DNA from: an uncultured Weeksellaceae bacterium
GTDB taxonomy: Bacteria; Bacteroidota; Bacteroidia; Flavobacteriales_D; UBA2798
Reading direction: 5' to 3'
Assembly: GCA_964460845.1 (NCBI GenBank)
Contig: CAYWRZ010000002.1
Coordinates: forward strand, 17,835-81,834
Length of the DNA stretch: 64,000 nucleotides
Shown here piece after piece: positions 38,662 to 47,479 of the stretch. The position numbers were made by a program, and so were the translations under genes. The number at the start of each line of letters is the position of its first letter. The first letter of the stretch is position 1. Below the pieces are notes generated by a model. The model worked only from the letters and a program-made list of their open reading frames with translations. It did no database searches and was not told where the DNA came from.

Positions 38662-39738
38662 ATGTCTGCGTTTCACCCTTTGACCGTGGCGGAAGTGCGC
38701 CGCGAGACCCCCGATACCGTTTCCGTCGCGTTTGATGTACCTGCTGAGCTGGCCGATACATTTTCCTATACGCAGGGTCAGTACCTTACTTTTAAACTGA
38801 AGCTCGACGGAGAAGAACTGCGCCGCTCGTATTCCCTCTGCTCTTCGCCGGCCCGTAATGAAAAGCTCAGGGTGGCCGTAAAGGAAGTGGAACAGGGCAG
38901 GGCTTCGGCTTATTTTAACCGTACGGTAAAAGCGGGCGACATTATCGAAACCATGGCTCCCGAAGGTAATTTCTATACGGAGCTGAATGCTGCGCAGGCC
39001 AAACATTACGTGGGCTTTGCCGTAGGCAGCGGAATTACGCCTATTCATTCGATTCTGCATACGGTACTGCTCAAAGAGCCGCAAAGCCGTTTTACACTTG
39101 TGTACGGCAACCGCTCTATCGAATCGGTAATTTTCGGACGTGAGCTGGATCAACTGCTTCAGGAATATTCAGGTCGTTTTAAATTGCTGCACGTATGGAG
39201 CCGTCAGGATACGGGAGTGCCCGAACTGAACGGTCGTATCGACGAGCTGAAAACCGCCTGGCTGTGCCGTGAGCCCGAAATCGTGAATGCCGACGAGTTT
39301 TTTATTTGTGGCCCCGAAGCCATGATCATGCAGGTATCCGAAACGCTCCAAAAGCAGGGTGTAAAAAAGGAAAAAATCCATTTTGAGCTCTTTACCACTC
39401 CGGTGCTGATGAAATCGGAGGCTACAGCGGTAGATGAAGCGACCGATTTTTCGGGCGATGCAGAAATTACCGTCATCATGGATGGAATCGAAACGGCTTT
39501 TACGCTTTCTTCCAAAGGAATGAGCATACTTGATGCGGCTATCGAGGCCGGAGCCGACGCCCCTTATTCTTGCAAAGGCGCCGTATGCTGCACCTGTAAG
39601 GCCAAAGTGACCGAAGGAAAAGCGATAATGGACATGAATTATGCCCTTACCGATCGCGAAGTGGCCGAAGGCTATGTACTTACCTGTCAGGCGCATCCCC
39701 AATCCGGTAAGGTGGTGGTCGATTACGACGTACCCTGA
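38662..39738 (+). CDS. paaE: phenylacetyl-CoA epoxidase reductase subunit (FNR-like plus 2Fe-2S)
   Basis: RSYSLCS FAD-binding motif, GSGITP NAD-binding motif, and a C-terminal plant-type ferredoxin CKGAVCCTCKAKV...LTCQA. Confidence 0.9.
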   Translation: MSAFHPLTVAEVRRETPDTVSVAFDVPAELADTFSYTQGQYLTFKLKLDGEELRRSYSLCSSPARNEKLRVAVKEVEQGRASAYFNRTVKAGDIIETMAPEGNFYTELNAAQAKHYVGFAVGSGITPIHSILHTVLLKEPQSRFTLVYGNRSIESVIFGRELDQLLQEYSGRFKLLHVWSRQDTGVPELNGRIDELKTAWLCREPEIVNADEFFICGPEAMIMQVSETLQKQGVKKEKIHFELFTTPVLMKSEATAVDEATDFSGDAEITVIMDGIETAFTLSSKGMSILDAAIEAGADAPYSCKGAVCCTCKAKVTEGKAIMDMNYALTDREVAEGYVLTCQAHPQSGKVVVDYDVP

Positions 39739-39859
39739 TTGCGCTAGCGATACGCTTCGATGATTCGTACTTTTGCTAAGAATTTCCTTCCGGAGGTTGT
39801 TAGACCTGTACTGTTAACAATTCCCTTTTTTTAGCGTCTGCAAGGGCAGCGTGTACCCC

Positions 39860-39867
39860 TAACTTTG
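39860..39867 (+). promoter_or_regulatory. -7-box-like TAACTTTG only 4 nt before the NlpC/P60 ATG
   Basis: Perfect TAnnTTTG match, embedded in the hairpin-capable cccctaactttgggg. The spacing would imply a leaderless transcript, so its function is uncertain. Confidence 0.2.
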
Positions 39868-39871
39868 GGGA

Positions 39872-40498
39872 ATGGCTTTTCAGTTGAAAAAAACATTCCT
39901 TTTTTGCATCGTATGCAGCGTGCTGGCTTTGGCTGGATGTAAGGGAAAGAAAAACCTGACTGGTGATACCCGGAGTCCGCGTTTTGAGATAGAAGGAGAG
40001 CAGGAAACCGTTAAAAACGACCGCAAACCCACACGAAAACCTGAAAAAGAGCCTTCTGACCCTGGCAATTACGAGAAAATCGTGAAAAAATATGCCGCAG
40101 AATTAGGCATAGGAGCGCAGGAAATAAAAACGCCGGCCCTTTATCAGTATATCGACAGTTGGATTGGTGTGCCTTACAAATGGGCGGGCGAATCCAAGTC
40201 GGGCACCGATTGTTCGGGCTTTGTAATGGTCGTATATCGGGATGTATTCAATAAGAAATTACAACGTTCGGCTACCGAAATGGTAAAAGAATGCGAACCG
40301 ATAGAAAAGGCGATGTTACAGGAAGCTGATTTGGTATTTTTCGATATTAACGGTAAAAATTCGCACGTCGGAATTTATCTTGCCAATGGCCGTTTTATTC
40401 ATGCGAGTACCAGTAGGGGGGTCATTATTTCCGATTTGAGTCAGTCGTATTATCAAAAATATTGGGGCAGGGCAGGCCGGGTAAAAACCGGTAGCTGA
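39872..40498 (+). CDS. NlpC/P60 (C40) peptidoglycan peptidase lipoprotein
   Basis: Lipobox LALAGC. Catalytic GTDCSGFVMVVY and HVGIYLANGRFIHAS. Confidence 0.85.
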   Translation: MAFQLKKTFLFCIVCSVLALAGCKGKKNLTGDTRSPRFEIEGEQETVKNDRKPTRKPEKEPSDPGNYEKIVKKYAAELGIGAQEIKTPALYQYIDSWIGVPYKWAGESKSGTDCSGFVMVVYRDVFNKKLQRSATEMVKECEPIEKAMLQEADLVFFDINGKNSHVGIYLANGRFIHASTSRGVIISDLSQSYYQKYWGRAGRVKTGS

Positions 40499-40513
40499 AA
40501 GTAGTTCCGAAAT

Positions 40514-40702
40514 TCAATTCAGGAACACGTAAAAATCGGTCAGCATATTACAGCTTGCCGTAGCTTCTTCTCTTCGCAGGCATCTTTCAATGCGACGTAT
40601 AAGTTGGTCGAGTCTGCGTTCCGACAAGGCTTCGAGGTCTCCGAAATCGGAGCGGTAATACCGGCTCGATCGGATGTAATGAATTTTTTCTTCCCGGCTC
40701 AT
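40514..40702 (-). CDS. hypothetical 62-aa protein (weak)
   Basis: ATG-initiated ORF in an otherwise empty 440-bp gap. Basic and helical. No family recognised. Confidence 0.25.
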   Translation of the reverse strand: MSREEKIHYIRSSRYYRSDFGDLEALSERRLDQLIRRIERCLRREEATASCNMLTDFYVFLN

Positions 40703-40937
40703 GGCAGTACAGTTTTCAAGTTGGAGTTAATTCTACGTAATACTTTATCAAAAGTGGTGCCTCACTTAGGCAGCGGAAGTACGGAAGCGGTTAACGGCCT
40801 GAAATCAACTTGTTTTAGGGGCTGTTGCGGCGCGGCTCTTTTTTCTAAAAAAGAGAAAATGCACCTCCGAAGCAGCGAGAGAGTCCCCGACGTAAGGGTG
40901 TTTTTTTTGTATATTGGGCGAGCTTATTATCTACACC

Positions 40938-43193
40938 ATGGTTCACCTTCCCCAACTTATATTTGATCTTGCACTAATTCTTTGTTCGGCCGGGGTTGTG
41001 ACACTGATTTTTAAGCGTCTTCGGCAGCCCTTGGTACTAGGGTATATCATTGCGGGATTGCTGGTTAGCCCTAATTTCACGCTATTCCCTTCCATTATCG
41101 ACATGACCAACGTCGAGATATGGGCCGAAATAGGGGTGATAGTACTGCTCTTTACCCTGGGGCTTGAATTCAGTTTTAAAAAGCTGATGAAGGTAGGGGG
41201 AACGGCTTCTATTACGGCCCTGGTACAGATTGTATGTATGCTGTTTTTGGGCTATGCCACAGGTCGCTGGCTCGGCTGGTCGAATATGGACAGCATCTTT
41301 CTCGGAGCTATTCTCTCCATGTCTTCAACCACGATCATTCTGCGCGCATTCGATGAATTGGGCGTAAAAAGTAAGAAGTTTGCAGGCATTGTTTTTGGTG
41401 CGCTGATCATCGAAGATTTGGTCGCCATCGTGTTGATGGTGCTGCTTTCTACCATTGCGGTAAGCCGTGAATTTGCCGGTTCCGAAATGATGTATTCCAT
41501 TCTGAAGCTGATCTTTTTCCTGGTGCTTTGGTTTTTGGGTGGCATTTTCTTTATCCCGACTTTCCTGAAAGCCATTCGCAAGCTGCTGAACGAAGAAACT
41601 ACATTGATTATCTCGCTCAGCCTTTGTCTGCTGATGGTGATTTTGGCCGAAAAAGCCGGGTTTTCGCCTGCCTTGGGGGCTTTTATTATGGGGTCTATTC
41701 TTGCCGAAACCACGCATGCCGAACGCATCGAACACTCGATAAAATCGGTGAAAGATCTTTTCGGAGCGGTGTTCTTCGTTTCGGTCGGAATGATGATCGA
41801 TCCGGCAATGCTGGTAGAATATGCGTTTCCTATCCTGATAGTAACCCTTATTACGATTGTCGGAAAAACGTTGGGCACGGCATTGGGCGCTTTGATTTCG
41901 GGGCAACCGCTCAAGCAATCCGTGCAGGCCGGTATGAGCCTGGCGCAGATAGGAGAATTTTCTTTTATTATCGCCACGCTCGGACTTACACTGAAAGTGA
42001 CCAGCTCTTTTTTATATCCGATTACAGTGGCCGTATCGGCCGTTACCACTTTTACCACACCTTATATGATTCGTTTTGCCGAACCGGTTTACCATTGGCT
42101 CGATCGGGTGCTTCCGGTAAAATGGAAAAATAAACTGACGCGTTATAGTGCCGGTACGCAAACCATTAACGCGGTGTCTGACTGGCAGGTTGTGATCAAA
42201 TCTTACATCAGCAATGTCATTATTTTTATGGTAGTGCTGGTCGCGATTATTTTATTGTCGTCGCGTTACATTCTGCCGGTGATTACCGAAAGGGCAGGGC
42301 ACGCCACCTGGGGTACGGTACTTACGGTGTTACTCACGTTGGTAGTGATGGCTCCTTTTCTTTGGGCGCTGGCCGTACGTAATTTATATACCGAAACGAC
42401 GGCCCGCATTTCTCGGCAAAATAAGTACCTCGGACCGCTGTGGTTGCTTCGCATTGTGCGAATCGGATTGGCAGCGGCCTGTATCGCATTTTTGTTAAAA
42501 AGCTTTTTCTCTACTGCTATCGCCATGGCCGGTATTGTAGCGATTATCCTGCTGTTTTTCACTTTTGCCGGAAAAATTCAGTCGTTTTATATCCGTATCG
42601 AAAAACGTTTTCTTTCCAATTTTAACGATCGTGAGCTACAGGAACAAAAACAGCAACAAGCCGACAGGCAAAGGGATGCGGCGGGCTTACCCGAATCCGA
42701 AACATCGCTGGCACCCTGGGATGCGCATATTGCGCCCGTAGCGCTGGCTCCCGAATCGTCGGGAATAGGCAAAACGCTTTTTGAGCTGCGTTGGAGAGAA
42801 ACGGCGGGAATCAATATAGCGATGATCAAACGCGGAAGTCTGACTATTTTGGTACCCGGCCGTAACGAAAGAGTGTATCCCGGCGATATTCTTTATGTAC
42901 TGGGCACCGATGTGCAGCTTAACCGCTTTAACGCACTGATTCGTCCGTCGAAAAACATTGCGCAATACCAAAAGGATTCGGAGGTATCGCTACGGAAAAT
43001 TATTGTGCGCGAAAACTCTGAGTTGGCGGGCAAAAGTATTCGGGAGTCGGGTATTCGTGAAAAAGTAAAAGGCTTGATAGTCGGTATAGAAAGAAATGAA
43101 AAACGGGTACTGAATCCCGAATCGACCTGGGTATTTGAAAATGAGGATATTGTTTGGATAGTGGGCGATGCCGAGCTGATCGACTCTATCTGA
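40938..43193 (+). CDS. CPA2-family cation:proton antiporter with C-terminal RCK_C (TrkA-C) domains
   Basis: About 12 TM segments (the Kef/Na-H exchanger-like core). The cytoplasmic tail has two TrkA-C-like modules (GKTLFELRWRE..., LAGKSIRESGIRE...). I prefer ATG 40938 over TTG 40914. Confidence 0.85.
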   Translation: MVHLPQLIFDLALILCSAGVVTLIFKRLRQPLVLGYIIAGLLVSPNFTLFPSIIDMTNVEIWAEIGVIVLLFTLGLEFSFKKLMKVGGTASITALVQIVCMLFLGYATGRWLGWSNMDSIFLGAILSMSSTTIILRAFDELGVKSKKFAGIVFGALIIEDLVAIVLMVLLSTIAVSREFAGSEMMYSILKLIFFLVLWFLGGIFFIPTFLKAIRKLLNEETTLIISLSLCLLMVILAEKAGFSPALGAFIMGSILAETTHAERIEHSIKSVKDLFGAVFFVSVGMMIDPAMLVEYAFPILIVTLITIVGKTLGTALGALISGQPLKQSVQAGMSLAQIGEFSFIIATLGLTLKVTSSFLYPITVAVSAVTTFTTPYMIRFAEPVYHWLDRVLPVKWKNKLTRYSAGTQTINAVSDWQVVIKSYISNVIIFMVVLVAIILLSSRYILPVITERAGHATWGTVLTVLLTLVVMAPFLWALAVRNLYTETTARISRQNKYLGPLWLLRIVRIGLAAACIAFLLKSFFSTAIAMAGIVAIILLFFTFAGKIQSFYIRIEKRFLSNFNDRELQEQKQQQADRQRDAAGLPESETSLAPWDAHIAPVALAPESSGIGKTLFELRWRETAGINIAMIKRGSLTILVPGRNERVYPGDILYVLGTDVQLNRFNALIRPSKNIAQYQKDSEVSLRKIIVRENSELAGKSIRESGIREKVKGLIVGIERNEKRVLNPESTWVFENEDIVWIVGDAELIDSI

Positions 43194-43211
43194 AGCGTTT
43201 TTAGGTCCGTT

Positions 43212-44282
43212 TCAGCATACCCGCTTTTCGATATAATCCGAATTGAGGACTGAAAGTGCCCCCATGTATTTTAGTCCGAGCCGTATTAAATCACCTACCT
43301 TGTAGTTACGCGGATTATCGGCCAAATCCAGTACCAGCATATCGGAGCTGGTGCCGCTTACGGTAAATTCACGCTCGTCGAACACTAAGTATTTCGGATC
43401 CACATCCAGCAGTCCTATATCCACAATAGCGCGAAAGCTGGTTTTACCTTTGAGGGCAGGGTCGGGTTGAAGCAGTTCTCCCTGCGGCGTATGCGCAAGT
43501 GGTCCTTCGGGTAGCAGGGGTTTACGGTATATCTCAATGATTTCGGCAAACAGTTCAAACACGTTGTCGTGCATGCCTTCGATACGTTGCCGGGCAAAGA
43601 GATCAATACCGAAAAACAGCGTTTCGCCGATGCGGAAATGATTTACGCCTGCGGGAAGTTCCTCGCGGCGAAGCAAAGGAAAAGCCACTGAAGTACCTGC
43701 CGAAATCCAGGGTATTTTTTTCCGGAATTTCCGTTCGAGCAGCAACTTGTAATCACAGAGCTCATTCAGCTTTTCGGCCGAAGGCATGACTCCGCTCAGG
43801 CAATTGAAATTGGTGCCTAATCCGACGATTTCGAGCTGAGGCAAGGCACAAGCCTGTTCGTAAAAGGCGATCAAATCCTTGCCCATCACGCCTTCGCGCA
43901 AGTCGCCCATTTCGACCATGATGATTACTTTATGGAGTTTTCGTTGCTTTACCGCTTCATCACTAAGCCAGCGCAAGGTTTCGCGACAGGTGTTCAGGCT
44001 TACGTCGGCATAGCTGACTATGCCCGGAATACTTCTTCGTGCGGGCGGTTTGATGTAAACCGTCTGTACCTGCGGATTTATTTTTTTGACGGTTTTCAGG
44101 TTGCTGAGTCTGGAATCATGGATTTCGGTAACCCCCAGCTTAATCAGCTCACGGAGGTAGTCGGCGTTGCCGCAAAGCAGCTTGGAAACTACGCCCCATG
44201 ACAGGTTGTGCGCACGAAAAGAGCGATCTATGAACTCGAAATTTTCGCGCAGCTTGTCGCGGTATAAATTAAGGAAAGCCAC
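43212..44282 (-). CDS. alanine/ornithine-racemase-family PLP enzyme
   Basis: 356 aa, fold-type III. N-terminal barrel with candidate PLP lysine in WGVVSKLLCGN. Overall resembles YhfX/Orr-like racemases. Confidence 0.7.
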   Translation of the reverse strand: MAFLNLYRDKLRENFEFIDRSFRAHNLSWGVVSKLLCGNADYLRELIKLGVTEIHDSRLSNLKTVKKINPQVQTVYIKPPARRSIPGIVSYADVSLNTCRETLRWLSDEAVKQRKLHKVIIMVEMGDLREGVMGKDLIAFYEQACALPQLEIVGLGTNFNCLSGVMPSAEKLNELCDYKLLLERKFRKKIPWISAGTSVAFPLLRREELPAGVNHFRIGETLFFGIDLFARQRIEGMHDNVFELFAEIIEIYRKPLLPEGPLAHTPQGELLQPDPALKGKTSFRAIVDIGLLDVDPKYLVFDEREFTVSGTSSDMLVLDLADNPRNYKVGDLIRLGLKYMGALSVLNSDYIEKRVC

Positions 44283-44285
44283 AGG

Positions 44286-44723
44286 TTAACGGTGCAGGCG
44301 CATTTCGAGATAACGATTGGTAAAGCCCATGTTTTCGTAGAGCTTACGGGCCGGATTTTCGGGTTCTACATGCAGGGCTATGCTGCCTTCGCAGCGTTTT
44401 CGGATTTCTTCCATCAGCATTTTTCCCAGGCCTTTACCGCGGTGCTCACCGTGTACGGCAATATACACGAGTATATGTTCGGGAATATAGCCCGACATAC
44501 CGGTGTGATTGACCACCGTACAAGCTATAATTTCTTCACCCTGGCAGCGGCAAACGGCAACTCCGCCCTTACCCGGATCGCCTGAGAAGGCATAGTCGAG
44601 ACACTTGAGAATATCAGTTTGCGCGTCGCCATACTGTTCCAGGTGCGTAAACAGAAAACGGACCATGTCGTGTTGCCGGGCGGCAGTAGGAGGATTGTGT
44701 GGTGTAAATACGAGTGTACGCAT
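44286..44723 (-). CDS. GNAT family N-acetyltransferase
   Basis: Acetyl-CoA motif A HRGKGLGKMLMEE, then ARKLYENMGF. There are 3 nt between its stop and the racemase start. Confidence 0.75.
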   Translation of the reverse strand: MRTLVFTPHNPPTAARQHDMVRFLFTHLEQYGDAQTDILKCLDYAFSGDPGKGGVAVCRCQGEEIIACTVVNHTGMSGYIPEHILVYIAVHGEHRGKGLGKMLMEEIRKRCEGSIALHVEPENPARKLYENMGFTNRYLEMRLHR

Positions 44724-45049
44724 AGCGTGTGTAGCGATAAAGTGACGGATAAACTTTCAAAAGCAGGGTATATCCGTCATGAATAAATTTCAGTACCCTT
44801 ACCGGTATGAGGTATTTCAGCAAGCATTGTGAAAAAAAGATCCCTACCGCGGGTGGTGGTCAGACTCACAGCATAGCTTGCGGGGAAAAGGAGCAGAGAA
44901 GTGCCGAGAGGCGTGCTCCGGAAAAAAGAAAATACCGATACGGCTGTACAAAGGTACCGTATATAGCCCGGAAAATCAACCTTTTTTTCGGTAAAGAAGA
45001 TGAAACCCCTTTAATGGCAAGGGATATACGAGGGGAATACGTACCATTT

Positions 45050-45355
45050 TCAGTCCGGTCGTTGGCTCTCACGCAGGTAACGCCGGTCAAAAAGGAAAGG
45101 GCCGAAAGGAAGTAGCGAGGCGATAAAAGCCAGTACTGCTTTTCCGAAGGACCATTTGCAGTCGTTCCATACCCAAAGCAGCGCAATCAGATAAGCGACA
45201 AACAGCACACCGTGTGCCCATCCGGTATATTTTACGGCCTCGGGCATATCGGCGAAATATTTGAGGGGCATGGCGATGCCCAGCAAAAGCAGGTAGGAAA
45301 TTCCTTCGGCAATGCCGATCCATTTAAAAAAGCGGAGGGAGGCGGGCTGGTTCAT
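45050..45355 (-). CDS. DUF3817 family membrane protein
   Basis: LRFFKWIGIAEGISYLLLLGIAMPLKY...KYTGWAHGVLFVAYL...LLPFGPFLFD. Confidence 0.7.
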   Translation of the reverse strand: MNQPASLRFFKWIGIAEGISYLLLLGIAMPLKYFADMPEAVKYTGWAHGVLFVAYLIALLWVWNDCKWSFGKAVLAFIASLLPFGPFLFDRRYLRESQRPD

Positions 45356-45490
45356 GTGCAGGTAAAGGTAAAAATCAGTACGATAGTGCCGCTAATTTTT
45401 AGCTATTTTTAAGGAACTAATTTTCAACAAAATAATTTTTTTTCGTTCAGATTAGCGATATTCGCCCCTTCATAATCTAAATTTTTTCTG

Positions 45491-47423
45491 ATGAGAAAAA
45501 TTATACTCTTTTTAGGGTTTCTTTGTGCCGGACATACCGCAATAAGCCAAACGACACTTATTTCGCCTGTGCCGGCTAATTCGCAAGGTATTACTGATCT
45601 GCGTCTTCCGAACGGTACTTCTGCCCACACAAGTATTCGGGGGCATTACCTGCTAAGGGCTTCTGAGATTCCGCTCCTTTCGGGCTCGCAAATTACAGGC
45701 TTGGGGTTTGCTTACGTCCGCGGAACCAATGCACTGGCTTCGGGTAACTTTATCGTGTACCTGCAGAATACTGCCGACAACAGCAATACGAAGTCAATGA
45801 CCTGGGCTACCGCCATCAGCACGATGACAGAAGTGTATAACGGCACCTATACGCTGCCTCAAACAGATTCTACAAATGTGGATTTCGTACTCCAGACACC
45901 CTTTACTTATACGGGTGGTGCTATCTACGTGGCTTATGAGTATATAGGCAGCTCATTTGCTACTGTTTCGGCTACAAATGTGGCACAAAATGAATGTATC
46001 GGCCCGTATCAAAAACGGTAGCAACGTGGCGCATACCGATATCAACGTGTACCTCGATGTAACCGGAGCCAATCCTTTTCAGGATACCATTACCGTATCG
46101 CTCGGAGCCGGTGATACCACTACCGTAACTTTTTCCGGAGTGGCCATTCCGAACAACGGTTTTCAAACGCTGACCGTTAGCGTACCTGCCGATGAAATTC
46201 CTTCAAACGATGCGAAGAGCTACTCACAGACCATTTCCTGCGATACCCTGGGGTATAACGGCCATGAGACGCCTATTGACGGTGTCGGCTTTAATACAGG
46301 CACAGGTATTTTGGGTGTGAGATACGTTTCACCTCCCATGCCTATTTCTGTAAAAGGCGTATGGGTAGTGATTGCTGATTCACCCAACAATGTCAATAAA
46401 ACCATAGGTGGTCGGATGCTGAGCGACTCAGGTGCTGTTTTGGCCTCTTCTGCAGCGTATGTAATTACTGCCGGAGATTTATTGAATAAAGTGTATTTCG
46501 AATTCACGGCACCCGTTACGCTTCCTGCCAATACCCCATTTTATGCGGGCATGTTTCAGTCAGCAGGTAGCCCCGGCTCTTTTCCAGTAGCCGTCGCAGC
46601 GCCGGTTATTACACCTGGCGGTACTTATGCCGGGTTTCTCGCGGGTGGAAGTGCTCCTACGCATTACAGAGACCTCGGTCATTTTCTGATAGGTTACGTA
46701 TTTGATGGTGTTACCGAAATAAGTGCTTCCGTTACCGGTGCTATATGTGAAGGAACCAGTGTAGAATATACGGCCGCCGGAAATTATGAACTGTTCGATT
46801 TCAGCGTAAACGGGTCAAGTGAGCAGTCTTCCGCTTCGAATGTATATACTTATGATCCGCAAGATGGCGACATTCTTCTCGTAAACGGTGTAATTAACGG
46901 TTGCATATCGCTTAGTGCCTCGGATACCGTACAGGTAAACGCGCTTCCAGTAGTAGCCATTAGCGCTACCGATACACTGGTTTGTATCGGCGAATCTACT
47001 ACTTTAACTGCAAGTGGCGCTGATGTGTACACCTGGAACCCAGGTAACCTGAACGGCGATACTCAAACGTTTTCTCCTACCGTAAATACCATCTACACCG
47101 TAACCGGTACCGATGCAAACGGCTGCGAAGCCGATGCTACCATCGATATCGAGGTGGAAGTATGTGTGGGTGTAGAAGAAAACGAGGCTGCTTTTGCGCG
47201 TATTTATCCTAACCCTGCGATAGAAAACGTGACCATCGAGCTGAGCGATCTGCAAGGCGGTGCACAACTGATCATCTTCAATCAGGTAGGACAACAGGTA
47301 CACAGCCAAACCTTGCATACGCAAAGTAGCCGTGTACAGGTAAACCTTCCTTCGGGTAACTATTATTTCCGTATTATCTCGGGCGACCGTGTAATGCAGG
47401 AAAAACTGCTCATTCAGCGTTAA
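45491..47423 (+). pseudogene. T9SS-sorted surface protein split by a +1 frameshift (ORFs 45491-46021 and 45957-47423)
   Basis: The first ORF carries the signal peptide (MRKIILFLGFLCAGHTAISQ) but has no CTD. The second carries the CTD (ARIYPNPAIENVTIEL...YYFRIISGDRVMQEKLLIQR) but has no signal peptide and only a TTG start. The frames overlap around an A4 run at 45987-45990. Confidence 0.7.
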
Positions 47424-47450
47424 TAGCGTACTAATAGCGTAAAATGGAGA

Positions 47451-47479
47451 AAGTCCCCCGTAACTGGGGGGCTTTTTTT
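47451..47479 (+). terminator. rho-independent terminator after the split T9SS gene
   Basis: Stem aagtccccc (47451-47459) / ggggggctt (47466-47474), with the T-run continuing to 47479. It overlaps the stop of the convergent 273-aa gene. Confidence 0.8.

Noticed and set aside
40703-40937. Possible c-di-AMP (ydaO-type) or other riboswitch upstream of the K+/H+ antiporter and next to an NlpC/P60 gene
   Set aside because: The genomic context is suggestive. However, I could not find the conserved pseudo-symmetric ydaO core sequences, only short generic hairpins (ctctttttt/aaaaaagag, tgcct/aggca). An Infernal scan would be needed to revive this.
40604-40966. 120-aa plus-strand ORF spanning the gap before the antiporter gene
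   Set aside because: It overlaps both the small minus-strand ORF and the antiporter start. It has no recognisable domain, and its translation is compositionally odd.
44807-45186. ORFs 44807-45115 (+) and 44866-45186 (-) in the DUF3817-GNAT spacer
   Set aside because: Both overlap the well-supported DUF3817 gene in other frames. Their composition is Arg/Lys/Gly-rich and non-protein-like, and no motif is recognisable.
47415-47441. Tandem duplication taatagcgta-c-taatagcgta (agcgt occurs three times) at the stop codon of the T9SS gene
   Set aside because: It is very short, has only two units, lies in a 3' UTR just before the terminator, and has no plausible function beyond a local slippage duplication.
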